This document shows, piece by piece, positions 23,661 through 36,383 of a DNA stretch of 64,000 bases. Position numbers and translations under genes: made by a program. Each line of letters starts with the position of its first letter. The stretch's first letter is position 1. The DNA comes from Octopus vulgaris. Lineage: Eukaryota. The notes beneath the pieces were generated by a model. It did not search any database and was not told the DNA's origin. It saw only the letters and a program-made list of their open reading frames with translations. The stretch spans positions 50,592,001 to 50,656,000 of the forward strand of contig OX597827.1 in assembly GCA_951406725.2 (NCBI GenBank), in the 5' to 3' direction.

Positions 23661-25172
23661 AAGTTAGTATTAGTCGTTGAGATATCAACAATTTGTTTTC
23701 TTTTGCTTGATCACATAAAGTATGTCCATTCATATCTTTGATTCTCAAGCTTTTAATATGTTAATACTTAACTGTTTTTCAATGCTGATGATGTCTCTGA
23801 GTTATTAACCTTCGACTATTCTTTTTCTTTTTTCTGTTTTTTTTTCGGTTAAGGAGGTAACTCCAGTATGGGATCCACTGCTAAATCGTTCAAGTTCGAT
23901 AATATGTGGTTGATCTAACTAACACGAGATTTCAAATTGCATTGTTTCTGGCTATTTCTTCTCAGCTTAAAGGGAATATAATCTAATGCAGTGTCTTATC
24001 AACCAGAAATATATAATCTGGAGTAAAAGACACCTATCAACTCTTATACATGTCATCTGTAACAAAACACCTAAATCTTTTCGTTATATGTATGTTTATT
24101 GTTGCCTTTGAATGGCCAGTGTAGTAAATCGCTCGATTTGCTAGAAATAACCATAAACTATCCCGCAAAAGTCTACTAACATAGAAATGGACACACGAAG
24201 AATTTATACTTCGAGGTACACAACTGAAAAATTAAAACATTAAAGGTATGTTTATTTTTACCTGTTGAATCTAGGGAAAGGCCCCCAATACAGGTTGGGT
24301 ACCTGACTACTGGAACTACGAGAGCGTCCAGCTCTGTGGAACAAATATCATAATAGTAGCCGTAGAAAAGAGAGAGAAGACTGCATGCTTGTGAGCCAGC
24401 AGCTGGAACGTGTCCAGTTATTACTGAACGCCAAAGAATTAAGTTGCCTTTCTCTGGATGTACTCCATTACAGCATCACAGTCCCAGACTTAGGAATAGT
24501 CTTACATGGTAGCACTCATTTGAGTTGTGTAGAGTAATGGCTGCCATTGAAGTTTGAAACATTTACTGGCCCCATATTTATGCACTAAATGTGTGCCAAG
24601 GTCGGAAAGTGGAGTAGAAGTGAGGCTGAGTCAGCGAGGTTGTGTTAGTGATTTTATTGGGACGATGACGTGTTTAAAATTTACTAAATTGAAATACATT
24701 GCGTGTAAAAACGTTGAGAATGTTTATTCCTTTATATTGAATATATTTGTTGGTACAGTCAGTAGTTCAGCATCTCTGTGATGTAAAGATTACATCAAAT
24801 ACCTCGCCCGTTACTCTCCCTACCCCATCAGCTTTAGCATGCTAATTTTGGCTGAAATATATTCTACTGAACCCAAATGGTTTCTACTTCAAAGGGATCT
24901 TGATTTATGGCTCTGCCACTAAAAGTGTCTTTTTCTCTATCCATAAAAAACAGATTCTTGTTTTCCACTAGACCTGATAAACTAGTCTTAAACCTCCTCC
25001 CCCGGTAGTAAATCTAAATAACAAAGTATCTTCAAGAAAAAAATATCAGTTACTACTATGATTTAGTTGATGAAACTTGTTCTCTGTCTACCTACTTACC
25101 CTCTTTGTGATTTTGGTTAATGGAATAACTATAAAAGTGAATCTTTTAAATTTAACTAAATTCTATATTTTT

Positions 25173-25261
25173 ATGCAGCTGAAGATTGCTCTACATTTAA
25201 AACTGATGTAATACTTGCATTGTTCAATTACATGAAGTCGCATGAAACGATCGTACTGCAT
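25173..25261 (+). ncRNA. Type-I hammerhead ribozyme with intact core (family A)
   Basis: ATGCAG-CTGAAGA-TTGC..(long helix II)..GCAT-GAAA-CGATCG-TA-CTGCAT: perfect 6-bp helix I, CUGAAGA and GAAA boxes, palindrome ACGAUCGU, GUA triplet (predicted cut after 25255). Confidence 0.75.
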
Positions 25262-25332
25262 TACCTCTGGATATCATTGTTGCTTATTTTGATTATATAT
25301 ATATATATATATATCTTGTATGTATGTATGTA

Positions 25333-25405
<73 letters not shown>

Positions 25406-25799
25406 ATGCATGTATGTATTAAAAATGGGAGATGAAATATACGAGAATTTTTATTATTGATCACAATTGTTTCGACACATCTAGCATCGATCCCTCACGG
25501 GTGGGACACTTAACAACTGGTTCAGGAGCATCCGGTGGTGTAGGTTTATCTCATCAGGTGATAAACAGATACCACTCGTTAAAATAACAGTTCCGCAATG
25601 TACCTTGTCATTTACAAGAAAGGAAAGCAGCGAAACGAGGAAAGTATCTTCGTTTATATAGAGAACCAAGAATAAAATCACTGAGGAAAAAAAAAAGAAA
25701 CGAATACACAATCCAGCGAGAAAAGTATTAAAAATAACCGTCAACAGATATGGATGTGTAAACGCCCTCGCACAATTGCATGATGCGTACACACTCCCT

Positions 25800-25942
25800 C
25801 ATATACTATAAATCAACTCACAGCGCTTCGGTCGGGCCGAGGTCATAGCAGAAGACACCTGCCCGAAACACCACGCAGTCAGACTGAAAGTGGAACCATG
25901 TGGTTGGGAGGCAATCTTCTTACCACACAGCCACGTCTGGGC
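25800..25942 (-). mobile_element. SINE family S1, 5' half
   Basis: AGAAGACACCTGCCCG..CCACGCAGT..GGAACCATGTGGTTG..TTACCACACAGCCAC matches the S1 head. Confidence 0.75.
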
Positions 25943-26318
25943 GCGTGTGTGTGTGTCTGTGTGTGCGTGTGCGTGTGTGTATATATAGAGAGATCGGTTT
26001 TTCTTTTTCGATTGTCTGACAATGTGTTTACTGCATGCTGGTCCGATAATCTACATCTACTTTTTGCATCTATAGAGTGAAGTCTTGTGTCAGTGAATAT
26101 TGAAATAAAGGAGTACCAAGTTGTGGCTATGTTCTTTTTTTCCTATCACTGCCGTACTCTTTATATTACGTCATAGAACCCCTCCCGCCCTCCAATAAGG
26201 ACAATGTGTGCGAACATGCGACACTTCGAGTTCACAGTGTTTAGCATTAGATCCGAAACTCATGTGGTTTGTCGCGCCTCGAGCGCATATATTTACTCAC
26301 ACACACATACACAAAACA

Positions 26319-26386
<68 letters not shown>

Positions 26387-26396
26387 TACATATATA

Positions 26397-26794
26397 CTCT
26401 TTTTACTCTTTTACTTGTTTCAGTCATTTGACTGTGACCATGCTGGAGCACCGCCTTTTTTTACTCGAACAAATCGACCCCAGGACTTATTCTTTGTAAG
26501 CCTAGTACTTATTTTATCGGCCTCTTTTGCCGCACCGCTAAGTTACGGGGACGTAAACACACCAGCATCGGGACAAACACAGATACACAGACATACACGC
26601 ACACATACACACATATATATATACATATATACGACGGGCTTCTTTCAGTTTCCGTTTACCAAATCCACTCACAAGGCTTTGGTCGGCCTGAGGCTATAGC
26701 AGAAGACACTTGCCCAAGGTGCCACGCAGTGCGACTGAACCCGGAACCATGTGGTTCGTAAGCAAGCTACTTACCACACAGCCACTCCTACGCC
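26397..26794 (-). mobile_element. SINE family S1, full length
   Basis: Reverse complement of 31640-32052, with internal (CA)/(TA) tract and (AGTAAAAG)n tail. Confidence 0.9.
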
Positions 26795-26822
26795 TATGTA
26801 CATATATATGTACTCCTACGCC

Positions 26823-26877
<55 letters not shown>

Positions 26878-26879
26878 TA

Positions 26880-26939
<60 letters not shown>

Positions 26940-27393
26940 ACATATCATTTCATTTATAATTTTGTTTTAGCAGGCAACAACTTAGTATTTTTACTCATTG
27001 TAGTAGTAGTAGTAGTAGTGGTAGTGGTGGTGGTGGTGCCAATAATGTGAAAACTTGCTAGTAGTGGTAGTTATATTGTCAGCACTACTAACAGTCGTTT
27101 CCTTGCGGTGGTGCAGGAACAGTGGCATATGTGTATATAACAGCAGTCGCAGCATAACAGTAAGACCTGCAAATAAATAATATTAGTAGTAGTGATGATA
27201 GCGTTATTTCTGTAAAAACATGTAACAGCGTCAATAAGAGTACTGATGGTTGATCTGCCTTTGTCGTGACCGAATGCCTACCAGTTATAGCCTCTTCGAC
27301 ATACATACATACATACATACATACATACATACATACATACATACATACATACATACATACACATTTTGTATGTACGTACATACATATATAAAT

Positions 27394-27590
27394 ACGACGG
27401 GATGCTGAAAAGTTCCTGGTTTAAAGGGTGCTGAGAAAGGCCTAGTTGGAGGCCCAACCAATCCGAGATCTTTTGCAGGGCCTAGAAACACTGAAGGGCT
27501 GCTGCAACGTGTATGAATATGAGAGGGAAATATGTTGAATAAAGTCATAAGGGATCCTCTTGTATTGTCTTTTATTCAAAGCCAGGAACT
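27394..27590. mobile_element. mariner-type MITE, right end truncated
   Basis: TA-CGACGGGATGCTGAAAAGTTCCTGGTTT ... AAAGCCAGGAAC partial TIR pair, embedded in (TACA)n. Confidence 0.5.
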
Positions 27591-27884
27591 CCATACATAC
27601 ATACATACGTACATACATACATTCATACATACATACATGCATACATACGTACGTACATACGTACGTACATAATACATACATACATACATACATACATACA
27701 TACATACATACATACATACACACATATGTGTGTGTGTGTAGATGGATGGATGGATGGATGGATAGATAGATAGACAGATAGATAGATAGACAGACAGATA
27801 GAGGGATAGACAAACAGACAGATAAAGGGATAGATAGATAGATACATACACACACACAGACACACATACGCGCGCGTGTGTGTG

Positions 27885-27960
<76 letters not shown>

Positions 27961-29345
27961 CATGATGGATTACAATAACCTATCCGGTCTTTCTTGTTTG
28001 ACAATGGTATTTGAGGGAATGTGACTGTTATTTCTAATAGATTGAAGAATATACAAGAGGTAACGTCATTGGTTCATGCTGACACATGTCTTGTGGTGAT
28101 GACTTGTGTTATAGGTATTTGTAATAGTGGTGCATTCAGCGGTAGAGGTTTTGATATTATCTTTCTTCGAAATGTCCATGTGGAACATGCGAGAGTCACT
28201 TTGATGCCTGTTTGAGAAATTGGTGGTCGGCAGTGCAGTCAGCCTTAGTTACTTACTACTAGCAATAACAACAGAAGAGAATAACGGAGAATGAGATAAG
28301 AGATCGGAGAATATCTTCACATAGAAACTACTAGTCGGTGGGCCGATTGCTCGCTCACTCCACTGGAAGATTATATTGATACCGCTGCTACACAACACTG
28401 CACACAAGCGTTAGTCTAGAATGATAGCTTCTACAACAGTCCCGGTACTGAATCTTATCAGTCACGTCACTGCTGACAAGTGAAATGTCGCTGACATTGG
28501 TAATAACAGTGCTAGGAGGAGAGCAGAATGTGGCGACTGTTGTGGCGAGAGGTTAACATAGGAGAGAGAGAGAGAAAGGAAGAGGGAGAGAGTAAGGGAG
28601 GGAGAGCGAAGGAGTCAATCAACAAATGAAGGGGAATGAGAGAAGAGATGAAAGTAAAGGGAGACAGAGTGCTTCACCAGTGATTACAGTGTCAGATATA
28701 TCACTATACATTGAATGGCTGTTTAATTGTAAGAGGAGAAAAACAGAGAAAAACATTATTATCGTTATGATCATCACCGACAATAGCAAGAATAGCGGGA
28801 ACTACATTACAGATCACTAACCAATATAAGAACTTCACTTGAACCTGCTAGAAACAGCAGCCAAATCTCTCCCTCCTTAAGAGAAGGACACATTGGATAA
28901 TGTAGTCCGATACACACCTGAAAAAGACGAGATGGTCACAGCTGGAATGTCTTCGATGATAAATATACGGCCATGGTTGACATACGGTAAACAACAAGAA
29001 CAACAACTTCAGTGACAAACATTGCGAGATATATTAACCAGATGTCTCTTGAAGGAAGTTTGAACCGTGGTTGATTGATAGCGGTAACCGGTGCTGACAT
29101 CCAGCCTTGTGTAGATGTGTTCCACCTTCACAACGCCAGATATTAATGACAGACGTAACTACTGCGACTGTAAACAGCGACATTCTTCATGTCTACTACG
29201 AAAGCTGTTCAAAGGAAGCAGGCAATTTCACAGTGGATACAATCAACTGAAGTCATATATATACCATGATGGAACCACATGGATGCATATGGTGGCAATA
29301 ACAATACTGTCATCACATACTACTACTACTACAACAACAACAACA

Positions 29346-29376
<31 letters not shown>

Positions 29377-29750
29377 GGGCTGCTGCTGTTGCTGCCAATA
29401 CTGCTGTTGTTGTGATGATGATGATGATGATGATGAACTAGAACACATGGAATAGAAGTGTGGCAGTGATTGACTAAAATAAAATTATAAAACTGATTAT
29501 TTACTTATATACTACACACACGCATAAACATGGATCTATACATACACACATAAACATACACACACATGTATAACACATAAGTACACACATATTCATTTAT
29601 ATAAACATATATATATATACATATATATACATATATATATATACATATATATATACATATATATATACATATATATATACATATACATATATATATATAC
29701 ATATATATACATATATATTTATATATATATATATATATACATATACATAG

Positions 29751-29803
<53 letters not shown>

Positions 29804-29960
29804 CGTATGAATGTGTGAGCGTAGGTCTGTATGCATGTAGATGTTAATGTATATGCATTTACCCTGAAAACATTAAAAAGAAAAATGAGGTGAGACACAC
29901 GGAAAATATATTCATATATCAAGGAATCTTAAAAATAATAGTTTGTGGACGTTACTTCAG

Positions 29961-30218
29961 CCTCTTGTTTGAGTCTAACCAAAAAATAAACAGTGTGGCT
30001 GAAGTCAAGAGTCTACCAGGTGACGGTTTGGGCAGCAGTGATGGCATCACTGCTAATGAGATTATTGATATTCTCGGAACTAATACCATCGCAAGTGGAG
30101 CCGGAGTGAAAGCCAACGTTTTGGAATTTGTGACGACGGAATCTACTGATCTACGGCACGGTCTAGCGATAGGTGGAGGAGGAGGAGGAGGAGGACAGGA
30201 AGACACGACTAGTATTTG
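29961..30218 (+). CDS. Candidate internal coding exon of an unidentified host gene
   Basis: Acceptor TTACTTCAG|, donor TG|GTAGGT, 258 nt (phase 2-2). Open frame LLFESNQKINSVAEVKSLPGDGLGSSDGITANEIIDILGTNTIASGAGVKANVLEFVTTESTDLRHGLAIGGGGGGGGQEDTTSI; GC higher than flanks; no recognisable domain. Confidence 0.4.
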
Positions 30219-31639
30219 GTAGGTTAATGCTATATTAGTGTTTCTTATGTAAACATGTAATTAGTTCTGTTTGGATGTGCTGACCAGCATGACTAAACTA
30301 AGATGAGTTTGTTTATTTTTCTTCTGACAACATAAACAAACGTGTTGTTTTGTGAATACTTTTTTATATACCAATTCCTATACCAGCGAATTTACCGACA
30401 ATTTTGTAACGACACATATCCCTCTTCATATATCTATATATTCATGCCCTATTATACACACACACAATATACGTATGTGATTTCTATATGCTAGAAACAG
30501 CAATCAAATCACCCTCAAACACATTGAATACTATAGTGCTGTATACGCTTAAAATGTCTTTGATCATTAGTCTGCTCAGTCAGAGCTAATCAGAGAATAA
30601 ACAACACACGAACACAAATATACTACTTCAAAACCGACACAACACGGTGTACAGTCAACACACACCTGGATACAGTCTTTGTATATACAAACACCAAAAT
30701 ATATCTTCATACTCCATACAATACCATATCAAAATACAAATGGAATAACTTCACGGCTATTTACACTGAAGCTAACTTCTGCATGTTTATACAATATACA
30801 TGAGAGCATGTAGTACATATACATATTATATATGTATACGCACATGTGTGAGTGTGTGTTGGAATGTATGTATGGTATGTGTATATGACGTATGTGATTA
30901 TTTGTGTATTATATATGATATATGTACATGTGTGTATCTATGTATGTTTACACACACCAGAAAAATAAACTTCATCTATGTAAATTTGCAAATCACACGA
31001 TGGGTCTGTATGTATGTATTTATTTATGTATGTATGTATGTATGTATGTATGTATGTATGTATGTATGTATGTATGTATGTATGTATGAATGCATGCATG
31101 TATGTATATATGTATGTATTTATGTATGAATGCATGCATGTATGTATATATGTATGTATGTATGTATGTATTTATGTATGAATGCATGCATGTATGTATG
31201 TATATATGTATGTACGTACGCATTCATGTTAATGTGTGTATGTGTGAGTGTGTGTATGCGTGATGTGGGCAATGGCCACAAGTCGACATAAACATTCAGA
31301 AAGAAAATGAGTGTTGGAAACTATTACATAACTTTTCTTACATAATGTATCACGTTATATTAGAGGTACTCGTGTCTGAGGAATACACAGCCACTTATGA
31401 GCTAGTATATGATTAAATGTATAGTTGATTAAACAAGTAGAATACTCAGTGTCGAAAGAGATAGGTTCCAATCACATTTTACACTACTTTCTGTGCATGA
31501 TTATATTAATACATTTAAGTGAACACGTGTGCGCGTGTGACGCTGAGGATACCCGTATTCGTACACACATACATACACACACATACAAAATACAACATAT
31601 GTATGTATGTATTTATGTGTGTGTGTGTATATATATATA

Positions 31640-32052
31640 GGCGTAGGAGTAGCTGTGTGGTAAGTAGCTTGCTTACAAACCACATGGTTCCGGGTTCAGT
31701 CCCACTGCGTGGCATCTTGGGCAAGTGTCTTCTGCTATAGCCTCGGGCCGACCAAAGTCTTGTGAGTGGATTTGGTAGACGGAAACTGAAAGAAACCCGT
31801 CGTATATATGTGTGTAAGTGTGTGTGTGTGTGTTTCTGTGTCTGTGTTTCCCCCCCCCCCCCAACATCGCTTGACAACCGATGCTGGTGTGTTTACGCCC
31901 CCGTAACTTAGCGGTACGACAAAAGAGACCGATAGAATAAGTACTAGGCTTACAAAGAATAAGTCCTGGGGTCGATTTGCTCGACTAAAGGCGGTGCTCC
32001 AGCATGGCTACAGTCAAATGACTGAAACAAATAAAAAGAGTAAAAAAAAGAG
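31640..32052 (+). mobile_element. SINE family S1, full length (tRNA-derived)
   Basis: Head GGCGTAGGAGTAGCTGTGTGGTAAG (A box) .. GGGTTCAGTCCC (B box), CTTGGGCAAGTGTCTT core-like block, internal microsatellite, tail GACTGAAACAAATAAAAAGAGTAAAA. Confidence 0.9.
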
Positions 32053-32083
32053 TATATGTAGACACACTCACACTCACACACAA

Positions 32084-32242
32084 GGCGCAGTCCTGGCTGA
32101 GTGAGAAGAAGTTTGCTTCTTAAGTACATGGTTCCAGTTTCACTCCGAATGCGTGGTACCTTGGGCAATATGTTTTCTCCTATAGCCACGGGCCTGTGAA
32201 TGGATTTGGCAGACGAAAACTAAAAGAAGCCTGTCGTATATA

Positions 32243-32273
<31 letters not shown>

Positions 32274-32500
32274 AAGAGAGAGCTAGACAGACAGAGAAAG
32301 TGCGTGTCAGTATTTGTCCCCCACAACCGGTTCTCGTGTGCTTACACCCCATTAATTTATTGGTTCGGTAAAAACACTGATAGAATAAATACCAGGCTTT
32401 AAGAAATTAAGTACTGAGGTTCTATTCATTCGACTGAAATTCTTCAAGGAGATGCCCCAGCATGGCCGCAATCTAATGACTGAAACAAAACGATGTAAAA
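32084..32500 (+). mobile_element. SINE family S1, diverged
   Basis: Colinear with 31640-32052. Confidence 0.8.
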
Positions 32501-32529
32501 GTAAATGGAAAAAAAGACTATCACTGTTA

Positions 32530-32923
32530 TCTTTTACTCGTTTCAGTCATTTTATTGCGGCCATGCTGGGGTACCGCCTCGAATAAATTTAATCGAAGGA
32601 ATCGACCCCAATACTTAATTCTGTCGGTCTGCTCAGGCAAACCGCTAAGTTACGGGGTCGTAAACATACTAGCAACGCTTGCTAAGCGGTGGTGAGGGAC
32701 AAACACAGAACACACGGACACACGGATGCAAGCGCGCGCACACACACACACACACACATACAATGGGCTTCTTTCAGTTTCTCTATACCTAATCCATTCA
32801 CAATTCTTAGGTCGACCTGAGACTGGAGTAGAAAACACTTGCACAAGGTGCGACGCATCTGGACTGAACCCGGAACCACGTGGTTAGAAAACAAACTTTC
32901 AATCACACAGCTATGCTTGCACC
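32530..32923 (-). mobile_element. SINE family S1, diverged, inverted
   Basis: Reverse complement colinear with S1; tail-to-tail with the preceding copy. Confidence 0.8.
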
Positions 32924-33276
32924 TATGTAGTAGCAGTATTTTAAAACGTTCGTCCTTCTGGGTTGATCCAATAAAATATAACTGGTTTCGGGCGAAGGTC
33001 TCAGAAGGAAGATTGCCCGAATCGTTAGATTTATTGAACAAAACGCCTGGTGGCATTTCTTCCGTCTTGTTACATTTTTAAAAGATATCATTTAATCCTT
33101 ACTTAGCCCTAAAGGCCTCTTCTGATGAAAATACAGAGTCAATTCTGAGTGACAGAAGATAATATCTAGCAGAAGCAACAGAGTGATTCAAGACACCCGA
33201 GTTCCGTGCTTTAGCATTTAATAAAAATATACATATACTCATATTTTGAATTCTAGGGACAAACACAGACACACAA

Positions 33277-33469
33277 ACATATACATATATACATACATAC
33301 ATATATACGACGGGCTTCTTTCAGTTTCCGTCTACCAAATCCACTCAGAAAGCTTTGGTCGGCCCTAGTCTATAGTAGAAGACACTTGCCCAAGGTATCA
33401 CACAGTTGGACTGAACCTGGAACCATATGGTTGTGAAGCAAGCTTCTTACCACACAGCCGCTCCTGCGG

Positions 33470-33555
<86 letters not shown>

Positions 33556-33718
33556 GCAGGAGCGGCTCTTCATATGGTTCCAGGTTCAGTCCAACTGTGT
33601 GATACCTTCAAGTGTCATCTACTATAGACTAGGGCCGACCAAAGCTTTCTGAGTGGATTTGCAGACGAAACTGAAAGAAGCCCGTCGTATATATGTATGT
33701 ATGTATATATGTATATGT
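33277..33718. repeat. Palindrome of an S1 SINE 5' half centred on (CT)n(TA)n(AG)n
   Basis: The right arm is the reverse complement of the left arm, including its private variants, with several short deletions. Confidence 0.9.
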
Positions 33719-33849
33719 ATATTATATATAAATTAATATGTTCAATAAGAAATAATTATTTTCGAAATTTATTCTCTTATGAGGTTTTCACGCTATCTAC
33801 CTGACAATTTCTTGTTAAGTTTTCCTTATTAAGTGGTTGTCCTTAATTG

Positions 33850-33913
<64 letters not shown>

Positions 33914-33931
33914 GTATGTATGTATGTATGT

Positions 33932-34565
33932 ATCAAAATAAGCAACAAGGATATCTAGGGGTAATGCAGTACGATCGTTTCACGCAACTCCATTTAATTG
34001 AACAATGCTACCATTACATCAGTTTAAATGCAGGTCAATCCTCAGTGGCACAAAGATAGAATTTAATTAAATTAAAACAGATGGACACATTAGTATAATT
34101 TTGCCTAAAATCTCCAAGAAGTTAAGGAGATAGACACAGAACATTGGTGCCATTCCTTCCACTTAGAAGCTACTAAGTTATCAGGAAGAAAGACTTGTTA
34201 CAGATTTTACTTGTCACTTTTATATGGGGTCAGTTTTAATTTATAGACTAGTTTTTTATCAAATCCTTGTATATCTGAAGCTGGGTTTGTTAAGGGTAGG
34301 GCTGCGGGAGTCGACAGAAAACATAGTGGGTATAGTCATAAAAATCAAGATTTATTTGAAGCAATATCATGGGATTTGGTAAAGGAAAACTTAAATGAAG
34401 ATGTTAGCTGACAATTAAGGGGACTGGCCACTAGCAGACCATTGATAATGAAACAGGAAAAACCATATCATGTAGTACTATAGTTAAATATTTTAAGCAA
34501 TACTTCTTTATTGTATAAAGTCAAAGTTTAGGGTTATTCAGAGGATTATTTCAGAAGAATAATTA
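33932..34565 (-). mobile_element. Hammerhead-bearing repeat family A
   Basis: Reverse complement colinear with 8100-8752; 3' end abuts (TATG)n/(TA)n. Confidence 0.75.
33964..34051 (-). ncRNA. Type-I hammerhead motif (family A)
   Basis: Minus strand GTGCCA-CTGAGGA-TTGA...GCGT-GAAA-CGATCG-TA-CTGCAT; core boxes intact, helix I partly mismatched. Confidence 0.6.
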
Positions 34566-34895
34566 TAACAAAAGGATAAAATGTTTTATGAATACTTTTG
34601 AGTATATACCAAACTTTTACCACAATAGAGGGAGGAAAAGAAAATTATCCAGAAATAGTTTAATATTTATACATATTATAAATTTAAATACTAACTAATC
34701 AGATGGTATCAGTGAATATTGATCAATTGGTATATACTGGTATTTAATAAAGGAGTACTGAGGTAAAATGCTAACTATGAATTAATTTAATTATAATCTA
34801 AGCAGTTTGTTTTAAGTAGTGAATATACCAGTATTCTTTATTTATAAACTAAGTATGAATTTATGGAGGTAAAAATATTAGATTTGTTTTATAAA

Positions 34896-34951
<56 letters not shown>

Positions 34952-35002
34952 TATCTACCTGTCTCATTATCTCTGTCTCTATCTCTCTCTCTCTCTCTCT
35001 CC

Positions 35003-35078
<76 letters not shown>

Positions 35079-35084
35079 ATATAC

Positions 35085-35280
35085 ATGTCCCCATCACCGC
35101 TTGACAACCGGTGTTGGTGTGTTTACATCTCCGTAACTTAGCAGTTCGGCAAAAGACCGATAGTATAAGTACTAGGCTTAAGAAATAAGTCCTGGGGCCT
35201 ATTTGTTTGACTAAAAACCTTCAAGGCGGTTCTCCAGCATGGCCATAGTCAAAGGACTGAAACAAATAAAAGAATAAGAG
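35085..35280 (+). mobile_element. SINE family S1, 3' half
   Basis: CCGCTTGACAACCGGTGTTGGTGTGTTTAC..CCAGCATGGCC..GACTGAAACAAATAAAAG. Confidence 0.8.
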
Positions 35281-35281
35281 A

Positions 35282-35333
<52 letters not shown>

Positions 35334-35354
35334 ATGTATGTGTGTGCAATAATT

Positions 35355-35601
35355 ATAATGATAGAATATATGGAAACTAGTACATTCTCAAAATTGAGTT
35401 CTTTTTATTTAACGGTATGTCATACAGCATATTTTCATGGCTACCACGATCTACACGTGTTTCTGTTGCACAGAGTATGAGCATGTGCATATGCGACCGG
35501 GCATAATTTTCTGTGCAATGAAAATATGCTGTATGACATACCGTGTAAAAAAAGGAAATAAATCTTAAACATGTACCAGTTTCCATATACTTTATCACTA
35601 T
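35355..35601. repeat. Imperfect inverted repeat (about 85-bp arms)
   Basis: TATGGAAACT..ACGGTATGTCATACAGCATATTTTCAT / ATGAAAATATGCTGTATGACATACCGT..AGTTTCCATA. Confidence 0.85.
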
Positions 35602-35799
35602 GTTTATTTCAAATATACACTCCAGATAATATTACCATCCAGTGAAGCGAACACCGAATTACCCATCGGAGAAATATACAGCATGAGTGACAACACGTAG
35701 TAGTTACAGACGTTAAATACTAATCAATGCAGTTAGCCGTAACCTGGAACATAACTGAGAGCTACCACGGTATCAGCCCGGATAATATATCCCTCTAAA

Positions 35800-35863
<64 letters not shown>

Positions 35864-36383
35864 GTGTGTGAGAGAGAGAGAGAATGAGAGAAAGAAAAGG
35901 CAAATGGATATTTTGACACATAATTATAACGAGGTGTCATTAATGGTATAATATAGATTCAGCTATCTGGATAGGATTAACTGGGAAACATCTAAGTTTT
36001 ATTTTGTAAAATCTGGCCTTTATTGCTTGAAATAATAACATACATATCCCATGTGCAATATGATTGTATTGATGTAAGGTGCTATTCTTGATTTTACCTA
36101 ATATGAATTGTAAACGTTATAACTGTAATTAAAAACATTAGATGTCCAATAATTCGGTCAACCCTAAAGATTAAGAATTGTCGAGAATACTCTCAAACCG
36201 TGAAGCAGCTGTCACATAACACTTAATCGCTTTCATAACGACATCAGAACTAGAAATGTATATCCTAACTACAAAATAGCTGAGAACATTTAGAATATCA
36301 TTCGTAGCAGACGTTCTCTCGACATCGTTCACACGCGCCTGACACGGGCTCCGAAGTTACAGCCCGAGTTGTTATCTATAATC

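Noticed and set aside
25540-25566. Minus-strand CTGATGAG in a small hairpin
   Set aside because: No downstream GAAA box or helices.
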